Assembly: GCA_965178125.1 (NCBI GenBank)
Contig: OZ237749.1
Location: 434,001-498,000, forward strand
DNA: 64,000 nt
DNA from: Bilabrum cf. latius
Lineage: Eukaryota
Reading direction: 5' to 3'
Numbering within the stretch: position 1 is the first letter of the stretch; each line of letters starts with the position of its first letter. Shown piece by piece: positions 14,101 through 26,509 of the stretch. A program made the translations under genes and the position numbers. The notes under the pieces are model-generated. The model ran no database searches, was not told the DNA's origin, and saw only the letters and a program-made list of their open reading frames with translations.

Positions 14101-15173
14101 AGCATTGGTTGTTTGTGACGCAAGGTTTAACCAACACTGGCGATGACAATGCGCAGTTCACGTGCAGAGGCTAGAACGTACTCGCGGGGCTTCCGCCGGG
14201 CATCGGCGGATTCTAGCGATCTGGGTTTGGCATCGAACTCACGATGAGGCTGGTTGCTTTGCCCGCTGAAGGATCGATCCCAATGTGGCCTGTGCGGGCC
14301 CTGCAAACCCTTGCGCGATACATGCACCACAGCAAGAACGTCTTCATGGAGCATCACTTCACACCGTCGCTATTCAAGAGAGACGACTGCATCCCGGGAC
14401 ACGTCACATTCGGGAGAGACCCGCAGCTGCCCGCAGGTATCCTTACAAAGCACGGTGTTGTGGAGTTTTTGCAAGTGATAGGATTGGTGGGGGATGAGTT
14501 TCAACTCGGCCAGCAGTGGTCATTCGGTGGGATGCTTAGGCTACTGAAGGCTGCCCGACATCATGCCGTTTAGGTCGGCCCACTGGGACTCATCGACAGG
14601 AATCGGAGGACTTCTGCTTTCAAAGCTTGCCCCGATCTATTGCGCATTGCCAAGCAGAGGCAGGCAGTCGAGGGTGCCAGCACAGGGTAGTTGTCTGGCG
14701 ATATGACATGGCGGGCCGGATCCGACTCCTTCAAACTAGACGGCTCCCTGATGATGACCAACGCAAGGCTTCGGATGACCGTCCCTGTCCTGCACGCAAT
14801 CGTTCAAGCGCTCAAGCACAGGCTGCGCCATGGGAAGCCAATGCTGTTTCATGATACGGGGTAGGCTCCTGCAGTCGATGACAGGGAAGGGAAAGACGTA
14901 CTGCTTGTGCCTGATGCGGTCAGCGCCGACCAGCACGCGCAGTTTGGGCCTGAGCTATACGTCGCCAGCGCAATGCAGCCACTCGTGTGCACTCCTTCGC
15001 AGCGACTTGTGGTGTTTGTGGACCGTGTGGCCGCAGAGCGGGTCGCTGACGCTATTGACTCGCTGCAACTGGACGAAAGCTCTGTATTGCCTGCCACGAT
15101 CTCGCTGCAGCCTCACTTGCCCCTGCAGCTGCTCGTGATACCCAATGAGGAGACTGAAGGCGACTATGCGTGA
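8166..15173 (+). CDS. Clu (clustered-mitochondria) domain protein fused to a C-terminal Suppressor-of-fused (SUFU) domain, ~2335 aa
   Basis: ORF pieces 8133-11363, 11787-12182, 12345-13217, 13620-13961, 14244-14573 and 14907-15173 share one frame and are separated by TAGs; final stop is TGA. Clu motifs: GGIAGGVKFIHNGVLLKFA, LVYGSADGGHTVH, DIEGHRGTDGRLYLLDAARLMP, HLTRLLRPELL. SUFU motifs: QDNPI*MTAQVKWKFGGPDPIDY, PEHWLF, SGFGIELTMRL, WPVRALQTLARY, DPQL..GVVEFLQVIG. Confidence 0.85.
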
Positions 15174-15394
15174 GGTTTGATGGATGCTGGTGATAAACTA
15201 TCTGGGCTATCTGGATACGTTGGTTGTGGGGATGCGGAGTAAACATGGGCCTTGGGTCAGCATTGCGTGAAATTAGCCGACGTGGCGCTGTAGAGTAGTG
15301 TGCTAGAGGCAGTGCTCAAGCAGGGTGTGGGGCCCTTGCAGCCATGGCATTTATTCGATTCGATTGTGCTTTGTAGTCTTGGAGAACTCATGCA

Positions 15395-17025
15395 TCAAGA
15401 GCCTTTCTTCAGAAAAGCAAGCATGGATTTTTGGCCACGTGCGGGCAGGCTGGCCCCCTTCTTTGACTTTGGCGATTTTCGCCTGCCAGGACTACCATGT
15501 TGTGCCAGGATCCCTCCCAACCTCTACGGCGACATGCGAGCCTTCTTGCCCATTGGAGGCCGAACATCCTCTTCTTTTTGACGCTCCTGAGCCTCAGTTG
15601 CTCCAGACGATGAAACTCCGCCGTCTTCTCGTTCACCGCTGTCGCTATCGCTCGAGGAATCGTCCAGGAGAGACACCTCGCCGGCCGCTGCGGCACCCGC
15701 TCCGCCGGTGCCTCGGCTTCGTTTCTAGCCGACAACGGCACCAGAAGTCCCACTTGGATCGGTCGAGTCCGCAGCTGCTTCGGCTTGCAGACCAGAAGGT
15801 GTAGATGACGGCGTTGCTGATGAGCTGCTTGTGGCCGTCACGCCGAGCGCAGAGGACTCTCCTGCTTTGCTACTTGAGGGGCCAACACTGGCAGAAGCTG
15901 AGCTTTCGCCGTCACCACCCGTGGCTGATGCAGCTTTCTCTGCCCCACTTCTTGTACTTCCCTTTCCACCTGCCGCCTTCTTGCCTCCAACGAAGAAACG
16001 CTTGATGCTGGCGGCCTCTTTCTTCCGCTTGATCGCTTCTAGGTCGAGCGGCTCGGATGTGTCTGGCTCCCGGTACCTCATGTTCGATACCTTCCTGTCG
16101 ACAGGGTGCCACCTAAGCTTCGGCGCATGCTCGGGACTCAGTTTCTTCCGCAATGCGGGCTCGTACATGAACTTATCAAACGGGACCTTGTCAGTACGGA
16201 GCCATTCGTCAGCGTCGTCCCAACTCGCAAACATGACCGGCATCCGCGTATGTATCGCGCTGAAATCTTTGGACGAGTTCTCTGTAACTATAGCGTACGA
16301 GTATAGTTTGACAGGCTTTCCATCTTCGTCGACGGTGTCCCAAATATCCCAAAGGCCCGCAATCAGGAGTGGGGCAGCGCGGTCGTCTTCGTCATCCGCC
16401 GTAGTATTGCCGTCGGGGTTCGAGCCGGCTTGCACAAAGTACGGCTGCTTGAAGCGCTCACCATCCCTCTCCTCCGTGTGCCATTCGAAAAACCCTTCCA
16501 CCAGTATGACACAGCGCCGGCGATTCACGAGATTGCGAAACGTTGGCAGCTAGTGGCAGGTCTCGCTCCGAGCGTTCATGCACCCGTCACACTGCCAGCA
16601 GTGCACGGCGAAAACGGCCTGCCAAAAGAACTCAAAAACTCACAAAAGCTGTTGAGACCCCAATGCATGGAGCGAACGACACGGATGTATTCACCGCTAG
16701 ACGCACCACTCCCACTGCTCGGCGACTTGGACGTAGTTGCAGAAGAAGCATCGGCACTTTCGCGTACAGCACTCGGCAGAAAAGATGGCTTCTCGTAGTA
16801 CACCACCGGGGTAACCATGCCTGGTATACAATTGTATTGAGGTTTGTCTGCGATTATAGGGATAAACAGACTGTATATGCATCGAATGCAGTGAGAAGAA
16901 ATGCTGGATCGCTGGAATATCCACGTGCTTTCACATTTGTCTTCGTCAATCCACCTTTTTGCTGGAACCCTTGCTTTGCGATACACGGTAGATTTCTTGA
17001 AGGCGCACCTAGTTCGCCCACACAT
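15395..17025 (-). CDS. HMCES: SRAP-domain abasic-site protecting protein (HMCES/YedK family) with C-terminal PIP-box-like motif
   Basis: Starts MCGR (catalytic Cys2). Motifs MHWGL, NARSETCH*LPTFR, RRCVILVEGFFEW, KQPYF, IHTRMPV. Intron 16848-16934, plus a second GTGAGT intron near 16592-16643 whose junction appears one base off. In-frame TAGs at 16550, 15725 and one further downstream. Ends GQKSMLAFLKKGS-TGA 15395. Confidence 0.92.
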
Positions 17026-17042
17026 TGCACAGAAAATATTGA

Positions 17043-17346
17043 TTGTGTGTGCGCTGCAGCAACTGCAAGAAATGCAGAATTATCACGCAACTTGTTGCAA
17101 CCAGACACACCACTGAGGGCTTGTGGGGGACCACATTGATGGCGAATGAAGGGGACTCGGCGGTGTAGGCTGAGATTGGGGGGCCTTTGGCCTGAAAGGG
17201 TCGGGGGTCTTGTAGTCCTTGTTTGAGGACTCCTCTGGATTCAGGTGATCACTCGAACTCCTTCGGGGGCAACGGTGCATCTGGGTGCTTGTGGAATCTT
17301 TACCCAACAATGTATTTCTGTATTTTCTGTATTTCTGTACACACAA
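17043..17346 (+). ncRNA. Candidate structured non-coding RNA, family unassigned
   Basis: Intergenic. Hairpins TGTGG-GGGA-CCACA (17122-35), CTCGGC/GCTGAG (17156-74), a 13-bp G.U-rich stem with GAAA loop (17181-210), AGTCCTT/GAGGACT (17214-31) and CTCC-TTCG-GGGG (17258-69). These are enclosed by longer-range pairing (CCAGA..CACC with GGTG..TCTGG; 17043-79 with 17312-46). G.U pairs point to the + strand. Confidence 0.55.
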
Positions 17347-17378
17347 AAATGTGTCACAAATACAGCGACCCTGGGTGC

Positions 17379-19866
17379 TCACCAGCACTATTCAGAATTG
17401 CCCTGTTCGACAACTTCCCACGCTGAAGCCTCTTCAGCGGTGAAGTCCGTGAGAGTTTGGTTGGGAGCCCCAGCCAGGCATTGGGTGTTGCCGATCAGCC
17501 TGTTGTGCACGGGAGTGCAGTACTTGTCACCAAGAGCCCGGGTCAGGTGCGGGAAAGCTGCCTTCCAAGCGGGCTTCTGAGATTGCTCGGTGAGTGTCTG
17601 GTTGTTCTGCCCATGGCAGCTCGCCTCCTGCCAGCCGAGCCCGCGGTCATCAATGTGAATCGCTACTGCCTTGGTGCGATTCAGGGCGAAATAGTTGCCT
17701 CTCACTGTGGTATTGCGCCCACCGCCGATGAACACGCCCTTGTTGCAATCGATGAACGTGTTGTTCTCGATCGTCCACCACGACATTTCGCTGCGCGATC
17801 AAGGGAAGGAAGAAATGACGACAGCGCGGACAGGTTGGTGCAAGTGCTACTTGATTCCGATGATGGCGCAGTATTCGACTAGCGGTGGTGGTTGGAGTCA
17901 TCACCTGGACCCATGGCACCCCAAGGACTACATAGTAACAGTACGCTAGATGCCGACAGGATGCAAGTGTGAGCAGTGAGCAAGTGCGACGGCCCCGGCA
18001 ACCACTGCATACCATGTGCATGGCAGAATCACTCACTCGTCCAGGTAGATGGCCTGCACCGAAGGAAATCCCAGAGCCACGGGTTCGATGTTGTATACCC
18101 TGCGGAACGTGTTACCCACAAGACTCGAGTTTGGGTTGATGAAAGCCTCGCCGCTCTGCCCGCACGTATAGAACGCGCCCGAGTCCGACACCTCCCAGCT
18201 GACTGCGATGTAGATATTGAAAGAAGCAAGTGCAAGCGCCTCGCAGGGTGAACGTAAGGGGCGCGCAAAAGCGATGCATGCAGGGGGAGGTGATCGTGTC
18301 GCTACTCCCAAGACCTCAGGTGCAGCTATTTGGAAGGCTTAGGTTCTCACCGTCTTCGATCACGTTGCCTCGCACCACCGTGTTTACCCCTGAATAAATA
18401 TTTCCACCGCCCATCATGCCTTGATGCGGCCCGTTGAACACATGGTTGTTCTCCAAAACGACACCCACTCCGCCCCAGTTGATTCCCGGCATGTAGGTCC
18501 GCTTCCAGCGACCCATCTGGTGGATGCTCGTGTTTCTCACCACGATGCCGGAGGGCTTCAATGCATCGAAATCGGCCGGTGGACCCGAAACGCCGACTCC
18601 CACGCAGCCTACGCCATACACTTCCGAAGAATCGATCAAAGTGCCGGCTGAGTCGTCGATGGAGATGCCACGCTAGCCATGCAGAGCCGACACCACGCTT
18701 GAGACAATAATGTTGGTGCAGTTCCCGCCCGTGCAGTTGATCCCCGACCCCCGCGAAGATTCCAGGACCAAACCTTCGAAGCGAATGTTCTTCGTGCCTG
18801 GCAAAAGCTGGAATACATCCTGTGCAACGCCGAAATAAGCGCCGTCGTTCACGGCTGGTCGGCTCACACCCCGCCGCCCCGCAAGCATGGGAGCAGCTGC
18901 TCGCTGCTCCTCCGAGTTGCCGTCGAACCGCTCCAAATCGGACTGGGAGGGAGGGTAGAAGTACAGCGTGAGATCCGGGTCGGCTGTGTCGACATACCAT
19001 TCCCCTGGTGCGTCGAGTTCTGACAAGAGGTTGATCCCGATGAATCGTGCATTCTTTTTCCAAGCGGCCGGACGCGTCGCATTCGCAATGGATACGAGGG
19101 CGCCTCCTCCATTCGGGAGAGCAGACACGCCCGAGATTTTTTCGTACTCGTCAGCCCAGTCGATGGAGACGTATCCGTGGATCCAGGGGTCGCTCTCTTT
19201 GGACCAACGAAGTGGCCGGCTGCTTGTCGTGTTGAACCACGCTGCAGTGCCGCCGTCCGCATGAGCGAAGATCCAGGAACCGTTCGCAGCGATGTTCGGG
19301 TACCTCGCCAGCGGCATCCAAGCGGAGTTGTATGACATGACGGCTCGGTTGTGCTGGCAATCGATCAGGCCACCGGAAAGGAACGATCCGACCTGATCAT
19401 CGGTGATTCCAAGCTTAGCCAGCGATGTGCACACGACCGAATCCGGCAAGCCTGCTTCAAGCAGCGCAGGATGCTTGCTCTGGCTTCCAGAGCAAGACCC
19501 CCAAGCATCCTATGGAATATGAACACCTCCAGACACCTTCGTGACTGCACCTGCATCTGTCGATTTGATCACGAGGGGTACGTCCGGTGAAAACCCAGAA
19601 TCTTCGGCCTGAAGTTTAATCGGCGCCTCTCCAGCGTACACGCCTGGCAGGACGTTGATAAACGCACCGTTTTCTTTCGATTTGCTACGCATCGTTGATA
19701 TTGCTTTTGTAATACTTCGCAAAGCTGAACACGGAGAGGTTCCAGAGTTTGCGTCGCTGCCGTTCGTGGCGACGTATAGATCTACTTGAGCAGAGGCTGA
19801 GCCTGTGAAAGCTACGAGCGCAATCAGACTAGGGATGAAAGTAGCATACTACATACAGAGACGCAT
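17379..19866 (-). CDS. Secreted right-handed parallel beta-helix protein (putative carbohydrate-active enzyme)
   Basis: ATG 19866, signal peptide, then YVATNGSDANSGT, LARYPN, GINLLSELDAPGEWY, DSGAFY, AIYLDDEMS and IGGGRNTTVRGNYF. Introns 18203-18350 and 17791-18036. In-frame TAGs near the start and at 19510, 18673, 17388. Ends TGA 17379. Confidence 0.85.
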
Positions 19867-20023
19867 TTTATTTCCGTGCGTCTGGTCGTGGATACATGTT
19901 GCCGCGCGCACACCCTCAGGTTTGCGGAACCACCCCCACGCTCATCTACTCGTGACGAACTGCGGCAGCGAACCTAACAGAGTCAAGATATCTAGTCAGA
20001 AATTCTCCATTCCGAGACCTGCA

Positions 20024-20186
20024 CCACCAGCCTCGTGGCCTGCGCGCTTTCCGGCCTGGTCAGCACGTCCCTGGCCGCCACGGTCCACTGCAGCAGCTCA
20101 CTCACCCGCAGCGCCGATCGCCTGGACCACATGGCGTGCATCTCGCGGAACATCGCATACCGATCCACAGGCTGCCGCACAGCAAC
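20024..20186 (-). pseudogene. Orphan near-identical inverted copy of the 3' coding end of the Zn2Cys6 gene at 28882-32307
   Basis: 163 nt matching 32119-32281 with about 3 substitutions (VAVRQPVDRYAMF[R/Q]EMHAMWSRRSALRVSELLQW...); flanks are unrelated. Confidence 0.85.
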
Positions 20187-20514
20187 TACATGTGTCTGCC
20201 CGTACCGACACACCCAGCATGGACCCAGTGCGGTCGGACCATGGTTGCACACTGCACCTACTCGCAGCTAGCAGTGCCGGGAGGGGGTGCACCTACTTGC
20301 TACTAGCAGCGGCAAACACGAGATCAACTGGATTCGGAGCATGTCTATGGCACTTGTTCACATTTCAACTCGCACTATACACTGCAAAACAAAACAAAAT
20401 GCTTCAAAGCAAGCGAGCAAACTGCAAGCCTCGTCATGGTTAAAAACACTCGTCACATGGAGAAGCACAGGCAGCGAGGCTGCCAGTGGGGGCCAGATTC
20501 CTATCGATTCAGCC

Positions 20515-21485
20515 ATGGCTACGGATAGAAAGAACAAGAAACCTAGTACTGTTGTTTCAGCGTACTTGACTGCTTACAATTTCGCGTCATTTGTGGGATG
20601 GGCAAGCGTGCTGGTGCTGACAATCAAGAGATTGCTTGACGTCAAGTATTTTGACAAGATCGGCAGCGTAGACTTGTGAGACCATTATGTAATGCTGCTC
20701 TTATCATTATATGTGTCATCTTCCTGGCTTGATCCGCGCTTAACCGCAAGACCAAACCACCTGGCACGCAGCTCCACGATCCCCCCAACGTTCCCCGAAA
20801 TCAACGGACTGTACCGCGAGATCGGGTTCGTAACCCTGTGGGTGCAAACCGGTGCTGTCTTAGAGATTGTCCACTCTATCTTGCGCCTGGTGCGCTCGCC
20901 TTTCCTGACGACGTTCCTGCAGGGTAAGCATGACTGACAAGGTTTCAGTTGCGATGCGCCCAACAGCCAACATTGCTCCCTATGCCTAATTAACTTGTCC
21001 CTGTCGCAGTGATGTCTCGCATCTACATTGTTTGGGGCATCCTCTACCTGGCTGACGATGCGCACAACTCGTTCTACCACGCAATGATGTGCATCGCCTG
21101 GTGCTGTGCTGAGCTCCCGCGCTACTTGTTCTACACGCTGAAAGAGATCACGGGAGATGCAAACAAAGTACCTTTCCCTCTCTTCTGGCTGCGCTACAGC
21201 GTCTTTGCAATCCTGTACCCGATTGGCATCTCCGGCGAGTGGATCGTGTCGTGGCTCTCGCTGGCGAAGATCGAGAAAGAGGGCAAGATCGACTGGGCCC
21301 TGGGGCCGCAGAACCCCTACAACTTCGTGTACTGGCACGCTGGGGTCATCTACTTTGTTCTCTTCGTACTGTACCCCTTCGGCTCTTACATGATGTACAC
21401 GCACATGCTCAAGACGAGGAGCAAGACCTTCCAGAAGCGCGCCGAGGCTCTCAAGGACATGCAGGAGCGCGCCAAAGCTGAATAA
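20515..21485 (+). CDS. HACD: Very-long-chain 3-hydroxyacyl-CoA dehydratase (PTPLA/PHS1 family)
   Basis: YLTAYNFASFVGW, QTGAVLEIVHSILRLVRSP, QVMSR, ELPRYLFY, WLRYSVFAILYPIGISGE, MYTHMLKTRSK. Introns 20676-20771 and 20924-21009. Ends TAA 21483-85; no in-frame TAG. Confidence 0.95.
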
Positions 21486-21806
21486 GAGGCCAAGAACCAG
21501 TGAATTGTGGCAACTCCCAGTCATTTGCCCCTGTGCGTGGCTCCCAAGCGCGCGTAGGTGTGGTTTTGTTGGTGAGCAGGACGTTGTCTTCGTGCCGGGC
21601 GGTACATCCATTGATGTGATCAAGATCCGTGATCCGTGCTCAGCACTAGACAAAAATAACTCAAACTCAAATTGGCTGCAATCACAAGTGTCGTAAAGAT
21701 GGCCCTCTTTATCCATGAATCTCTTTGCGATCCGCCGGAACTCACCAGTCCTCAGTGCAACACGATCCCGGGTGCCATTACCTCTTCATCCACTCTCCTC
21801 AGGTCA

Positions 21807-24800
21807 TCACCAATCCTCACTGTGGGACGCTGCCATTACCTCTTCGTCCACTCTCCTGAGGTCTGCACCGCTCGGCCTCCTCGCCTAATCGAAGAGGTTC
21901 TGAAACTGCCGCAGTTCAGACACCCTGACCACTTGCCGGGTCTAAAATAGCCCCTCTAGTGCGAATAGAGAGGTGGATGCGTCAACGGTGGTGCCCCCTG
22001 CCTTGTCCTATGCTTTGGATCCGACCCTGCCCATGGCATCCGCAGGCCCAGCCATCAGCTCAACACCAGTTGCGATTCCATCGGGGCCGTTCTACCCGGC
22101 ACCACCACTCGCGCTGTCATCGCTGCTCTGCGGTGCCATTGCTCCAATCGACATGGTGGCAACCTTCTGGAATGTTCGGAGGGCCCTCTTCATCGGCACG
22201 CTGCCTGCCGATATAGAGGACCACTCTCCGCCCGATGACTCCGACGACTCGCTGCCGGGCTTGGATTCGACAGGCACGCTGCTTGGGCTTGCGTTGCCGT
22301 GCGACTCCGGGCCAAAGGGCGACGCATGGCCGCTGGCTGGTGTGTACGTGGAGCCCACTGAGTCCAAGGGCGGCTGCTCCGCTGTCTCGGCGCGTGACGG
22401 GCCAGCGGTGCCGCTGTTTCCCACTCGCATGGTAACTCGGTGATCCTGCGATTCTGCGCCTTCATTCATGGAATTGCCAGCCCAGCCACTTTCTATTCTG
22501 ATTCGTTTCGGATCTCTTTCATCCTACTGGGATCCTGTCGATCGGAATGCAGCGGCTGGCACTGGTGCCTCTGATTCGCTCACCACTCTGAACGTATCCT
22601 GAGAATTGGCCTGGTGGCCAATGTGCCGAGTGCTCGAACTTGTTACTGTCTACTCTGCTCTCCTTGTTTTATTATTTCCAGAGACATGGTCTGCGCCACC
22701 ATCTTCGTCGTCTGCATCCGTCATCATTGCGGCGGCTGTATCGTCATCTGCCTCGGCTTCGCCGTCGCCACCCAGTAGATCCAGCCCAACGCTGGCACGA
22801 CACCCCGCAAACGGATCCACGTTGAACTCGAATGCGTCTCGGATGACCTCAACCACGGGATCCTGCATGGGTAGGCCTAGTTCCATTGCGAACTCAAGGG
22901 CGTCCTCATGTTCTGTCGCCTGCTCCGACAAGGACATGCCCGAGACGGAGTCGGAGCAGCTGAAACTGGTATCCATCGAATCCGACCGCTTCCTTTTACT
23001 GCCAATACCAGGCTTGGACTCGCCAACAGCACTGGACTCAGCAGCAGCCGCATGCTCGCTCGTTTGGCTCCTATCGGGGACTGGCTGCGAGTTCGTCGAA
23101 CTAGCAGAAGAACTTGAACGTATTTCCTAGCCGGCTGGAGCATCACCAAATCTTGCGAGCGGCGCTGCAGCACCCTGCTCTTCCAGAGCTTCGTCTATCA
23201 GCTTGGCCAGCTCTGCCGGCGTGCAGGAGCTGGCGGGCGGCAGCTCGAAAGACTGCATTTTCCCCACGTCTAAAGGAGTTTCGATCGGAATCACAACCAT
23301 CGTCACGGCCCGCGGCACTGACCCTAGCCATTCAAGCACGGCTGCCATGTTGCATTTAAGCCGTGAGCACAGCATGCGATCCTCAACAAATCGCCGAACT
23401 TCGTCTATGGCTTGGTTTACCTTCCCAAGCTACGACTGCAGACTTCCTATGCTGGCACTTGACGCAGGACCAGCGGAGCTTGCGATTCGCGCCCCTGCAC
23501 CTCTCGAACTGCTTGAACTGCTTGAAATTGATGCGGGCCTTGATGGCAGGCGTGGCTGGTCAAACGCGATGCTTGCCGCGTCTGCCTCCCCATCCGTCGC
23601 TTGGTCCAGCCTCTGCGGCTCGACGAGAAGCTCCTCCTCAAGCCCGTCAAAGGCTTCCACGCCGACTGAACCGGCTGATAGTGCCTCCGCTATTTCTGCC
23701 TGCAGCTTTCCCTTCCGGGTATCGAGTTGCTAATGCAACCCTACGAGCGTCATGCAAGCAGCACCCGACACTTCGTCGCAGATGGCATACCGAAGCACAT
23801 CCAGTCGGTACACGACCTGCCTCTGTCTCTGCAGGAGGGCCCCAAGGAGCTTTGATGAGCTTTCCATTGTCTCAATGGGCATATTTTCCGGCAGGTCTAT
23901 GACCTTGCATCGCTCCATAGCATCTGCAACTGGGTTGGAGCCAGCAGCTACCGCTTTGGCCGCAGCTCGATTCATTACACCCTGAGCGAATTGCATCGTC
24001 TCAGGGTGCACAATGCCCCTAAAGCATGCAACAGACGATGACGAAAGCCTGGATGCCTGCTCCGCGTCTCTATCTGCCAAGTAGCGAAGCACTCTCTTGC
24101 TGTTAGCACCCGATGGCAGATCGGGCCTCCCGCCTGGCAGGATCCTCCGCTGCAATGCACCCAGCGTGCGAGGACCCCTCCAGACCCAGTTGTATCCTCT
24201 GGAGCTTAAGAACATGGACATGTTTGCGGGCACTCTGCTCCTGCCGAACAGCACGCGGACAGTGCCCCTGCTGTCTCTCTGCACGAGCATCCTGGGTGTC
24301 GGCATGCCTCGGTGGATGGACACAGTCATGGCACGACTGGAAACGCGATCCGTCGCTTTTGACTCGTCGTCATCGAGACCCGTGTGAGAGTCTCGTGCTG
24401 GTGGTGACACTGCAAGCAGGACCTGATCCGGATGAGCGTCTACAAAACCAAGGCCGGGCCAGCCTCTGCCACCACTCTGCTGCAGTGCGGTAGCGAACGA
24501 GAAGGAGCCCCCGGTGCCGCCTCGTGCTGGTGCTGGACCTGTCGACGATGCAAGTGTGCCGCCGGTATCCTGTGGTGCAAAGCCCACATGAATGCCGGTA
24601 CCAAGCTGCACAAGCTTTTTGCTGTCTCGGTCGGCCACCGATACCGCAGAAGCAGCGCCACGAGCAGCTGGAGCTGGAGCTAGCCCTGCGGCGGCTCCTG
24701 CCACATCAAGAGAAGTCGGCCTGGAATTGCTGCTATTCACCGTGCTTCCATTCCACATGCTGCTACCGATACTGCTGCTGCTACTTGCGACCAATGCACC

Positions 24801-25646
24801 CCCCAGGCTATTGCCCCGATTGCCCTCAGGCTGCCAGTGTGCCCCATCAAGTTGCGACCACACCGTCTACGAGCCCGGTCCCGTGGTTTTCTGGTCTCTA
24901 GTAAGCATGTCGGCGACTCCGATTCGCTAGCTTAGGGTTCCACCTACGGGCAAGGATGATGGTGGCTATGCGTTCGCCTGCGTGCTTGCAGCTTCGTAGT
25001 GCTCGCGTGGAGAGGTCGGCGTGATCCACCCACCCGCCGCCGCTGCCGAAGCCGCCGAGGAGTGCACCTGACTCCATACGGGGGCCGATAATCCGTGTGA
25101 TGTGTTCGAGGCTATTTCTCTCGAAACTGAAGTCCCAGATCCTCGCAGCAGAACACCATTCTGCCATGTGGCGCCAGAAGCACTTGCTGGAGGTGCGGGA
25201 ATTGCGGACTGCCCGAGGGACGCCAAAGCTAGTGCAGCGCTATGACTTCCAGAATCTACCGGCCCAGTAGCAGCAGACTTATCAGCGGGCTTACTACTCT
25301 ATTTCCTTCGACTATTTCGCTTTGGGCCTTTGGGCTGCGGTACTTGTCGCGGTGCTTCAGGAGAATCACCAGCACGAAGAGCACGCATTGCAATCTATGC
25401 ACCCACAGAAACACTATCAGACTTCGACGATGCAGGTAGTGCAACAGATTCAATCATGTCTTTGTCAAGAGTCGTCAGATCAGAGCGGCCTTTGCCGCGG
25501 TATTTGCTCTTTCTACGATCAATTCGGTCCACGCATGGTATGCTGAGTTTTGTGCACCTCTAGCACGGTCGTTCGGATCCACACTTGCGTCTGTTGATCT
25601 AGCATGCAACACATGCTTTCTTCTTGGTGCTTGTTTTCCCTGACAT
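21807..25646 (-). CDS. Zn(II)2Cys6 transcription factor, paralog A (~1279 aa)
   Basis: MSGKTSTKKKACVAC*INRRKCGSERPC*RCTKLSIPCVD, missed by the ORF track because of TAGs at 25599 and 25560. Same-frame pieces 24966-25226, 23730-24863, 23430-23660, 23127-23375, 22650-22976, 22092-22469 are joined by TAG. Ends TGA 21807. Family motifs LPGGRPDLP, LEWLGSVPRAVT, VSELRQF. Confidence 0.88.
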
Positions 25647-26509
25647 GCACAAAGTAACTACAAATGGTAGGGCACGTCACCGTCCGGTTTTTGAGCGCCG
25701 AAGGTTCCGTCATAGAGAAATACACACGCTTGTCGACTCCATTGGTTGAACGGACAATGGCACAGATAATCATATCGAATTCATTTCTATGTTTTCATTG
25801 CAAAGATCACGAGGTGGAAGTGTGCTGTGTGAATTTGTGACCTTGAGAGAGTCGAGCAGGGTGAGACGAGCAGCAACCACTACACGCCGCCGAGCGATAT
25901 GTAGACTGAACAGACGGTGCTAGTAGCTGGCGTACTGAACGGTATGCAAGGCGGGTAGCATTGTTTCCGATGAACCGACTCGCTTGACAGTTATAGGACA
26001 GCAATATGTCGACCGGTATTTACCTGCGTTGCCACTGTATGGATTGCCATGATTACTGGCGGCGTGATTTATGCGCATCACATGAATTCGTAGTGGCGTA
26101 GCACCGCAACAAGGCGCAACGGTAGTGCAACCAAGCGTTTGTTGTGGCTCGGGCTGATAGTCTCTGGCAATAGGTTAGGTACGAGTATCCAGGCACAGCG
26201 GTCAGTTCATTAGTAGGCCTCGCACTGCTTTATGGCATGCTCAGAAGCCCTGCACGACGAACAAACGAACCCTGCCAGTGCCGTCCCGACGACGAGTTCC
26301 GGGTCTTGACTCATCAAGTTGGCCGGCGCGGGACCCTCTCATTGGCTAATCTGCCGCAACTCGTTCGTGCCACAAAGGCTCGCTGGATTCTCACCCTACA
26401 GTAAAAGCATCAACAAGCAAAACAGCACTGGAAGGTGGCAAGTGTGGCGTCCTTGTTGTGGTATCACGTATCACCCACTGTCCCGCCGTTCTATCACCCA
26501 AGCACAGCG

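Noticed and set aside
16590-16650. Non-canonical intron or programmed frameshift in HMCES (TGTGA at both ends)
   Set aside because: The one-base discrepancy sits in a T homopolymer and is more simply an assembly indel; it cannot be resolved without cDNA.
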